A stretch of 64,000 bases of DNA, from positions 1,697,029-1,761,028 of the forward strand of contig NW_008246068.1 in NCBI RefSeq assembly GCF_000281045.1, read 5' to 3'. Positions 27,435-38,804 of this stretch are shown in pieces; position 1 is the stretch's first letter, and every line of letters starts with the position of its first letter. Origin of the DNA: Saprolegnia diclina VS20 (taxonomy: Eukaryota). A program made the translations under genes and the position numbers. The notes beneath the pieces are model-generated. The model was not told the origin of the DNA. It did no database searches and saw only the letters and a program-made list of their open reading frames with translations.

Positions 27435-29024
27435 TCATTTTTTCGAGAGCAGCACCTTGTTGGACGCAATGACCTTGGTGAGCACGTCGTCTTGGTGCGG
27501 CTGGAGCTCCTGGAATGGCCGGTCCTTGATCTCAAAGAGGAACGGGTCGGTCACGACCGCGTCCTTCTCGAGCCCGAGGAGCTCTTGCACGACGGCCGCA
27601 CCGCAGAACGGCACGTAGCTCTCCGAGTAGCCGCCTTCGTGGACAAACACGGCGCGGCCGTCGCAGAGGTTCGTCGCCGCCGTCTTGAGCTTGGCCGCCA
27701 TCGCCCGGAAGGTTTCGCTGTGCGCCATCATCTGCGAGAGCGGGTCGCAGTACTCGGCGTCAAAGCCCGACGAGACAAGGATAAAGTCGGGCGCAAAGGC
27801 CTCCAGCGCCGGCAGCACGACGCGATCAAAGGTCGCCATGTACGCGCCGTGGCCCGAGCCCGGCGGCAGCGGCACGTTGATCGTGTACCCGGCGCCCGGT
27901 CCAAACCCGGTTTCCTACAATCAGATATATAAGATCGCACGAAGTATGGCATGCAATACCTCGATCCAGCCCGAGTTGAGCGGGTAGTTGCCGGCCTGGT
28001 GCACCGAAACGAAGAGGACGCGGTCGTCGGCTTCGAAGGACGCCTGCGTGCCATTGCCATGGTGCACGTCGTAGTCGACGATCGCAATCTTCCCGATCAA
28101 GCCCGGGTACGACCGGAAGAGGTGGTAGGCAGCGATCGCCACGTTGTTGAAGATGCAAAAGCCCATGCCCTTGTCCCGCAGCGCATGGTGCCCCGGCGGC
28201 CGGACGAGCGCGTACCCCGAGTCGACGTGCTTGTTCATGACGGCGTCGACGAGCGAGAGGACGCCGCCGACGGCCAGCGACGCGATCTCAAAGCCACCGC
28301 GTGAGAATTGCGCCTCGTCGCCCGCGTCACCGCCATTGTCGAGCCGGCTCTTTTCGCGGATCGTGTCAATGTACGCTTGGGTGTGGTTGAGGAGGAGGTC
28401 GTCGTTGGTCGCGGGGCGCGCGCGGATGATGGTGAGCTTGTCGAGGAGACCGCTGACGGCGAGGAGGCCGTGGAAGCGGCGCTTCGTCTCTGGGTGCTCC
28501 CAGTGCGTGTACGGCTGCAGGTGCGGCGAGTACAGATGCGGCCACGGTGCATGCCACATGAAGAGTTCTTCGCACACATAGCCGACGCGGCCCACGGCGC
28601 TGCCATTGAGCGGCACGATGATGGACGGCACGGGCGGCAGCGGCGGCGCCACGGCCTTGAACACATGCGTCGGCAGCGGCAGCGCCTTGTGGCCCTCAAA
28701 GAACTGCTGCTTGCCTTCAATGGACGCGGCCTGGTACTGCTTCCAGATCTCGGCGTGCTGCGTCTCGTGGTGCTTGCGGTAGTTCTCGGGCCGGAACGGG
28801 ATCGAAAATGTCTTGTGGTTGGACGTCTTCTTGCGCTTCCGCGTCTCGGCGTCAATGTCCTCCCGCCCAAAGTGCGTGCAGAACTGGCAGCGCACGCAGG
28901 ACACGTCGTTCTTCTCGTTGTAGTCCTCGATCTTGAGCCCATACTCGAGCAGGTGCTTGGGCTGGAACGGCGTCAGGCGCGGCTTCTTCGCCGGCCCCGG
29001 CCCATCGCCGCCACTCTCCGACAT
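27435..29024 (-). CDS. Class II-like Zn-dependent deacetylase (HDAH/PA3774-like) with N-terminal C2H2/BED-like domain
   Basis: RPPGHHA, GFCIFNNVA, DYDVHHGNGTQ, SSGFDA, HEGGY; one intron near 27916-27960; N-terminal CQFC...HHETQH domain in the same exon as the start of the catalytic domain. Confidence 0.92.
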
Positions 29025-29086
29025 CCTGTGATGTGTTTCCGGCCTTCCAATTAGACTGGCCGAAAACCGGACGTCGCCAAAGTAAG

Positions 29087-29116
29087 CACGTTTAAACGTT
29101 TAAACGTTTAAACGTG
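29087..29116. repeat. Perfect 30-bp palindrome CACG(TTTAAACG)3TG in a divergent promoter
   Basis: Sequence equals its own reverse complement. Confidence 0.95.
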
Positions 29117-29583
29117 GTACGAACGCACGTTGAACGCAAATGACGTCGCCCGAAGCCGCTCTGTTGCAGTCGTCGCGCTCGTATAGAATACGAGGACGAT
29201 ATAAAGCTGATGGCTTTGGTCGTATTGCCGGTCGCCTAGCAGGTCAAATTTGCTACGGCACCAACAGCTTTCGTCGCCCCTCGGTCATTCCACCACGTCA
29301 TGCTCAGCAAGAGCAGCATGCTGCAAGAGACTGGGTCATCGCACAGGGCACGAGTCGTGACGTTGGTATCATGGCAGCGTTCGTTGCGTGTCGACTACCT
29401 TCATATCAGTGTTTCAACTCGATTCGGGCGAGAGTTGCCCGGGTTTTGATTTGACGTTTTGAAGGAGCGTCGACTTAAACGCGTTTTTATCCTGTTTAAA
29501 CGTCATCAACCTGCGTTCATGCACCTGTGGAATCGCATCCGGATACCATATCGAGTTTGACGAGTCGGATCATTTTGCGCGGG

Positions 29584-31903
<2,320 letters not shown>

Positions 31904-32361
31904 GAACTCGCCTGTCGACATGGCTCTTTTAGTTAGTCGTCGAGTTAGTCGCTGCCACGTGGGACACGCCATTTATCGAAGGCGACCAGACAAGCTCAAA
32001 TTTTGAGGCTTGCAAAGATAGATACTCGTCGCGACGACGGCACTGCAGTCGGTAACCGCCGCTTCGCTGGAGCGACCTATCCAGAGGTATTCAACGACGT
32101 CTGCTGTCCTATCCACGCTAGTATACTGGGTACGCAGCAAGTCCTACGAATTATCCAAAGCCATCGATGCTGCAGGATAGTATTGCGGTACATTATCCAA
32201 ACGTGGGCGTCGCGGCGGTTTCGCGGGGCGAGTTTCAGCACGCACCTCACGCCGTCGTTTGATTGGCTAAAAAGAAGATCCTTCGATAAAACGAAGCGTA
32301 CTTGAGATTTGTATACCGCGCCGACTCATTCTGGATTTTGCGAAAGAGCGGACGCGGAATC

Positions 32362-33237
32362 ATGGCGACGAGCAAGTATGGCAACCTCTCCATGCGCAAC
32401 ATCATGATCCGCAAGAAGCTCGAGGAGCGCAAGCGCTTCGACTCGGCCGACTACGCCATGCAGAAGGCCGGCAAGCCTGCGCTCGAGATCGCGACCGCCC
32501 TCGAGAGCCCGCGGGCGGCCGACGTCCTGTCGCCAGCGCACCTGGGCATGATGGCGTTCCGCAACAGCATGGTCGACACGGACATGGCGGCCGAGCCGGG
32601 CATGACGCTGTCGCCGGCGGGCCGCCAAACGAGCGTGGCGAAGGATGTCCCGTCCAAGTACGGCGCGCTCACGGCGCGCAACATCATCTTGCGGCGAAAG
32701 CTCACGGACCGCACCAAGTTTGACTCGGCCGACTACCAGCTCAAGAAGCTCGGCGTCACGACCGACGTGATTGGCACGGACCAGGTCGACGTCGATATGA
32801 CGGCGGACGACGACCAAGACGTCGACATGGGCGGCGGCGCGACCATGTCGCCTCGCGTGACGATGGCCAAGCCCCAGTCGCCGCGCCCCATGTCCCCCGC
32901 GATGCCTACGAGTCCATCCAACAAGTATGGCAAGATGTGCGCGGCCAACATTTTGATCCGGAAGAAGCTCAAGGAGCGAAAGCGCTTCGACTCGGCCGAC
33001 TACTCGATGGAGCGCCAAGGCAAGAAGAAGGCGTCAATGGAAGACGCGACCCCTGTACCGTACCTCCAGGCAACCGCCCTGGACACCGCCGACTCGGACG
33101 TGCACTCGCCCGTGACCAAGCAAATGAAGCTCACGTCGATCGACGCTACATCCGAGTATTCGACCGCGAGCCGGGTCGCGGGCCGGAATCTCTTTTTACA
33201 GCGAAAGCTGCCCGAGCACTTCAAGCCGTCGCATTAG
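32362..33237 (+). CDS. Endosulfine/ARPP19-family protein with three tandem modules
   Basis: Three (S/N)KYGx(L/M)...R(K/R)KLx(E/D)RxxFDSADY units; single exon. Confidence 0.8.
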   Translation: MATSKYGNLSMRNIMIRKKLEERKRFDSADYAMQKAGKPALEIATALESPRAADVLSPAHLGMMAFRNSMVDTDMAAEPGMTLSPAGRQTSVAKDVPSKYGALTARNIILRRKLTDRTKFDSADYQLKKLGVTTDVIGTDQVDVDMTADDDQDVDMGGGATMSPRVTMAKPQSPRPMSPAMPTSPSNKYGKMCAANILIRKKLKERKRFDSADYSMERQGKKKASMEDATPVPYLQATALDTADSDVHSPVTKQMKLTSIDATSEYSTASRVAGRNLFLQRKLPEHFKPSH

Positions 33238-33606
33238 GTCGACCGCCGAACGTCTGTACATGCGCGCGTAACCACCATACAAACTGTCCTTTTGATTTTG
33301 CCACCGTGTGCCATGTTGAAGCCGATGGCGCAGGACAGGCGCATTTCTCGGGCTTCCATATTTGTGAGTGATCCTCGGAGCGCGCATGATGGGCAAGCTG
33401 CCACTGTCATGACGTAAGGCGCGGGCTTGCACGCGGCTCGAATTCGGCTGCATGTAATAGCCGTAGCCCAAGAGGCGCTGGCGCCGTGTTGGAGCCGACG
33501 GGATGAACCTTCTACGTGTCGCCTGTGGCCGAGCTGCGCGGCGAGAGGTCAATGCTCGGCCATAACCATTAACTACATTAAATACATTTACATGTCATGC
33601 CACGTG

Positions 33607-34104
33607 CTAGCTCGCCGCCAGCGACTTGGCCTTCTTCAATACGACTCGGATTTGCCGCGGCTTGATGGACGGGAGCGAGAAGCGTCGGGAGATCAATGGG
33701 CGCTTCCGCGGCTCAATGTCGCAGAGCTCTACCACGCTTAGGAGGGCGGCGAGTTCGCAGATCAAGTCGTTGGTCGTGACAGGGCTCGCATCAAACACCT
33801 TGCGCCGCCAGTGATGGATGGCATTCCGCCAGGCGAGGAGCGACGGAAGCGACGGCGCCGCAAAGCGCAGTGACACGAGCAGCTTGCGCTGTCGGTGGAG
33901 CTCGATGCAAAACTGGTGCGGCAGCACGCTCGTCTTGCACGTCACAAGCGTCGTCGTCGCGTGGACGGTCTCGAGGTCGTAGCTCGCGAGGAGCGTCGTC
34001 CGCGCGGCCGAGTACAGATGCAGCTGGCCTTCCTCGAGCACGAGGCAGCGGATGTCCCCGATGGCTTCGTTGCGCGCCTCCAAGTGCAGCAAGAGACCTT
34101 CCAT
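33607..34104 (-). CDS. PH-domain-like protein
   Basis: MEGLL...RCLVLEEGQLHLY...FCIE...RFAAPS...WRNAI follows the PH strand/helix pattern. Confidence 0.6.
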   Translation of the reverse strand: MEGLLLHLEARNEAIGDIRCLVLEEGQLHLYSAARTTLLASYDLETVHATTTLVTCKTSVLPHQFCIELHRQRKLLVSLRFAAPSLPSLLAWRNAIHHWRRKVFDASPVTTNDLICELAALLSVVELCDIEPRKRPLISRRFSLPSIKPRQIRVVLKKAKSLAAS

Positions 34105-34729
34105 GCTCTCGTCGCTACTTTGCGGGATGGGCACCAAATCTAGACTGGGAGAGCGCAATCGTTTCGGTTTGGGTGTCAATCTTCCGTCGGCGCAGCGCGG
34201 ACACGCGATAGTTGAAGGAGTGGACCTGGTGTTTGCGTGGTTTTAGAAATGACTCAGCGTTGCAAGCAAGGAATCATCCTCTCCGCAGTATGGTCGCAGT
34301 GAGCCGTTTTCAACGGCGGAATATTCAGCGGCCTGGGGAGCGGAGGAGGGCGCGTCTCCGCCAACGCCCGGCGGAAGACGCTCGGCAGGCACAGACGACG
34401 ACCGCGCGATCGAACCTTGTCGCCAGCCTGCGCCACGCCAAAGATACTACTATTGGCATCGTATCCAATACAAAGCGCAGGCTTCACGGGCAAGGATAAA
34501 AACACGCGTCTTAAAATGGTCCGCGCCCTGCCGCCGACGATAGCCCGCTCGACAAGAGCATCGCGCGCGCTCCATGCACTACACTCTGCATAGTGGACAG
34601 GCAGCCTTTGATGACTCGGCCCATTATTGTGTTCGCTGTGGCATCGCAAACAGGCAGATGGCGGCAATATTGGGTGCTTTTAGTCGATCTCGACGTTGCA
34701 GTAGCCATGTCACGCCACCACGCAAAACC

Positions 34730-35484
34730 ATGTTAGCAGCCGCCGGTCGCCAGACGCTCGCGAAGCGACCATGGCTCTACTTTGTGACGCCGAGCCTCTC
34801 GTCTACGGACGCGCTTCTTCCGCTCGTGGCCAAGGCCATCAAGGGCGGCGCGAACATCATCCAGCTCCGCAACAAGACGTGGCCCGCCGAGGCGCCCGAG
34901 CTCCGCGCGATGGCGACCGCCGTGCGTGACCTCACACGGGCCCACGACATCCCGTTCCTCGTCAACGACCACGTGGCGCTCGCGCTCGAGATCGGCGCCG
35001 ACGGTGCGCACATTGGCCAAGACGATACGTCGGTCGCGGACGCCAAGGCGCTGCTCGCCGCAGCCGACGCGCGTGACTTTATCCTTGGCGTCACGGTGCG
35101 CGATGCCACCCAAGCCAATATCGCTTGCCAAGGTACTTGTTGCTTTGCATGATACTACGACGACGTGCTCATGATGGGCGACTCGTAGCGGGGGCGTCGT
35201 ACTTGGGCGTTGGCCCCGTCTATTCCTCGAGCACCAAGGCCCACGCCAACAACGGCGAGACCATCGGCGTCCAAGGCCTCGAAAGCGTTGTGAAGACAGC
35301 CCGCGCCTTCCATGTGCCCGTCGTCGCCATCGGCGGCATTGACGCCAGCCGGGTGCAAGCCTGCATGCACACGGGAGCCGCCGGAGTTGCGGTCGTTGCC
35401 GCCATCAGCAGCCCCGCCGACGTCACCAGCGCGTCCGCCGCCCTCTATCGCAACGTAGCGCTCTACCACCGCGCCTTGGTTTAA
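34730..35484 (+). CDS. thiE: Thiamine-phosphate synthase
   Basis: LYFVT, GGANIIQLRNK, FLVNDHV..A..IGADGAHIGQDD, YLGVGPVYSSSTK, PVVAIGGI; one intron. Confidence 0.93.
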
Positions 35485-35520
35485 GCACAAAACTCGTATC
35501 AAAGATATATTGGAGCATCG

Positions 35521-36316
35521 TTAGGGACAGGATGGGTACGAGCAGTTGAGCGAGGGCTCTTGCTGCAGCCACTTGGTGCGGCCGGACGGCAGCGTGCAGC
35601 GCTTGACGACCGAGCTGCACGTGCGCTCGTGTGTCGGGCACGGGTCAAAGTCGCAGTTGCGGGCGGCGTTGCGCGCGACGACGAGGCCGTTGGCGCACAT
35701 CGACGTCTCGTTCGTACACTGTATTCGCCATGTCCAATCCTGCATCTTCCAGTGGATGGAGCGTACCGTGGTCGGACATGGGTCAAAGGCGCAGTTGCGG
35801 GCGGCGTTCCGGGACACGCGGCCGCCGAGAAGACAGGCTTGTGTGTCGGTCGCGCACGTCTAGAGACCTCATGAGCAAGCTCCTACTAAGCGCCTTCGCA
35901 CCGACGTCGGGCAGGCCCGAAACGTGCAGTTGGCCGCCGGATCCCGTGTCAGGACGTCGCCGGTCGGGCACACCAACTGCGCTGGCATCTCGGTGCAGGT
36001 GCTCTACACCGCACATGTAAGAGCATGACAAAGAGAAGGAGAATGGAACAGGGCATACAGGAGGACTGTCGGCGGATGTTCCGTCGCATCGGAGGCGTGT
36101 ACAGTTGTTGCTTGGGTCGCGGCCGACGACGACGCCGTTGGGGCACTTGTAGCCGTCGTCCGCACAGCCAGGTACCTCGGATGCATTGGGGCATGGGCGA
36201 AAGGAGCAGTTGCGGCTCATGTCGCGCGTCACCGTCGAGCCGTCGAGGCAGATGCGCAGGTCCTCGTAGCAGCCGTGCACGGCGACGACGACCAGAGAGA
36301 GAAGGACGCGGCGCAT
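35521..36316 (-). CDS. Small secreted protein with about six 4-Cys repeats, spliced
   Basis: Signal peptide MRRVLLSLVVVAVHG; repeats C-x6-C-xxG-x4-R(D/N)xxxNCxFxxCP. Confidence 0.75.
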
Positions 36317-36382
36317 CTTTGGTCGACGCTCGCAATGGCGTTTTGTCGGTTGCAATCCCAGCGGTAGTAAATCTTATATATC

Positions 36383-37124
36383 TTAGGCCTGAAACTTCTG
36401 CAGCGTTTTCTCGGCCAGCGTCCGGAGCGGCTCGGACGAGAGCGTCTGGGCAGCCTCCGAGAGCATCGGCAGCACGACAGCCTTGTCCTGCGCCAAGAGA
36501 GGCGGGCCCGCGAGCAGCAGCTGCAAGAGGAGCGTGACGCACTGGGCCTCGGCCTCGACGGTGGGCGGTTGGCACCACTCGACCAAGAGCGGGATCTTCT
36601 TCTGGTACGCGTCGCAGACCAGCTTGCGGTCGCTGTCGCTAAGGCCTCGGGCCTCGAAAGACCGCTCGATGGTGAACACGATGCGCGCCTTGTCGATGGG
36701 CTACGCGCATCGGGATATGTCATAAGACGCCAAGGAGGGTCGAGAGAGCGTACGAGCAGCGTCGCCTTGTGCGTGGCCCCGAGCTCGAGCAGGTGGGCGA
36801 GCGCCGCCGGCGAGCACGAGCCATCGTCAGTCACCGACTCGTCGACAAAGTCGAGGACGATCTTGGAGAACTGGCGGTTGTCCAGCATCGGGTCGGGCAG
36901 GAACTTGTCCTCGTACGCGGCCTTGTTGAGCGCCTTGGCACTCTAGCAGGCATGTGCAGAGCCGGCGGCGACGCTTCGCCTCGTACCTCCTGCGTGTAGG
37001 GATGCGTCCCGTACACGTCGATATGCGCTTCCACGAGCTTGTAGTGGTCCGCGACCATCTCCTGGAACGCGCGGTGATGGACCGAGAGGAGCTCTTCGAG
37101 GATCTCCTTGCAGTCGGCGTCCAT
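36383..37124 (-). CDS. Hypothetical alpha-helical protein, 3 exons
   Basis: Coding-like GC3 bias; GT-AG joins link ORF pieces MDADCKEILEE...KFQA. Confidence 0.6.
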
Positions 37125-37849
37125 GCTTCGGCGCTGCGGCAAGCTGCGGTGTAGGCCCCCTATCGCGTTGCATTGGATCGGTGTATGCAGCGTGGTGGGA
37201 GGGGGTCGGGGCCCCTCGAAATCGTCCACATTGACGGGAATTTCGAGAAAACACCGTCTATTTGAGGATTTACCGTCTTTTGTCGGTGCGACCAACATGA
37301 AGCAATGTTATATTGGGACCAAAGAGGTGTCGAAGCGACGAGGTGGTCCATCCTCGCTACGGCAATGGCCCATGCTATTGCTGCGACCGGTCGTCTCGGC
37401 GTTTTAAGCCTCGGGGGGGGGGTACGTATTTACAAATGAAATCAACCCGACTAAGGTTGAATCTACCGGTAGCCCCAAGCAAGGGAACTAATAACTTATC
37501 TCCTGGTCCCCAGCTTTGCGTCCGGATGCTCGAGTTGCGGCGGGCATTCGCACTTGGTCCGAGGCCCCACGCCGCGCACTAGTACGGCTTGACGCAAAGG
37601 TGCTCCGTACCGATTCCTTCGCCGAGGATAGCTCGTGCCGGCTCGAATCGCAGCTGCAATGATCGTGAGAAGACAGACCCTTCCATGCCCGTCAGTTGAT
37701 ACCGGAAGAGTTCTTGTCTGCTCGCTCCAGCCGATCAGGCGACGACGCTGGACTTCCGATGCTGGGTGCAACGGGCTGCGGGTCAATATTCGTTTGCTCC
37801 AGAGGCGAGGATAAGGTCTCGCTCTGCGATATATGGACCAGAGATTACG

Positions 37850-38149
37850 CCAATGACCCACTTTAGTCTTAGAGTTCACGTCGACTAAAGCACTTGAGCT
37901 CTAAACTTGGCGATCGCAAACCACAGGATCGCAGAAGTTATTTCCGGAACGACCCCGTCCTCCGCGCGTTTGATTGGTGCATATGCACCAATCCGGCCTC
38001 GCGTTTCAATTTTGAACCAATCGCATCGCACGTATCTTTGGCCTAACCAATCATACGCGCGCATGGCATAAGAAGCAACTTCCTTGGACCTGACAAAGAA
38101 GTTGCTTCTGCCCAGCGCGTCATACCCCTTCGTCATTATCTCATTTCCT
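37850..38149 (+). promoter_or_regulatory. CCAAT-box cluster plus Inr/FPR-like core promoter of the globin-like gene
   Basis: CCAAT/ATTGG at 37850, 37973, 37988, 38017, 38047; TCATTATCTCATTTCC near 38133. Confidence 0.5.
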
Positions 38150-38162
38150 ATTGACACACATC

Positions 38163-38768
38163 ATGCAGACGATGGCACCCGGCGCACAAGCTCGGGGCTG
38201 CCCGTTCCGAGCCCAGCGCCTCCCGACGCGCCACGTCATTGACGTGCCCACGACCACGCGGCTGCTCTACGAGATCGGCGGGCCCGGCCGGATCCTCGAG
38301 TTTTGCGTAGCGTTTTACCTCTTGGCCTTTGCGGACACGACGCTGCAAGCCTTTATGTATGAGACCGACGGCGCGGTCGCCCACGGCGAGCGACTCGCCA
38401 AGTGGATCGTGGCGCAGATGCAAGGCGCGGGTGGCGGGTGCCAGCACGCGTGGGCCGCCGCGCACCACCGCGCGCGCCACTGCGAGAAGCGACCAGCGGC
38501 GGCGCGTGGTGCATGTTTTAGTGTGCGTGACGCGCGTGCGTGGATGCGGCTGCACTTTTGGGCCCTGCGCGACTGCGGTCTGGACCGCAACCAGGAATTT
38601 TGGACCTGGTACGTCCACTTCATCCACGCCAACATTGCGCTGCACAACTCGTACGCCCCGGGGTACACGCACCTCGACGCGGTCTGGTCCACGGACGCGG
38701 CCAACATCAAAGCCTACCGCGACGCCAAGCGCACGATGACCGACCTCTGCCCGAGTCTCTACTGCTAG
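38163..38768 (+). CDS. Truncated (2/2) hemoglobin-like protein
   Basis: LLYEIGG, FCVAFY (B9-B10), DTTLQAF (CD1), HGERLAKWI (E helix), AAHHRA (F8 His), FSVRDARAWM; intronless. Confidence 0.65.
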   Translation: MQTMAPGAQARGCPFRAQRLPTRHVIDVPTTTRLLYEIGGPGRILEFCVAFYLLAFADTTLQAFMYETDGAVAHGERLAKWIVAQMQGAGGGCQHAWAAAHHRARHCEKRPAAARGACFSVRDARAWMRLHFWALRDCGLDRNQEFWTWYVHFIHANIALHNSYAPGYTHLDAVWSTDAANIKAYRDAKRTMTDLCPSLYC

Positions 38769-38804
38769 TAACAACTCGTATTTATGATCCGACTCGTTGA
38801 GCGA

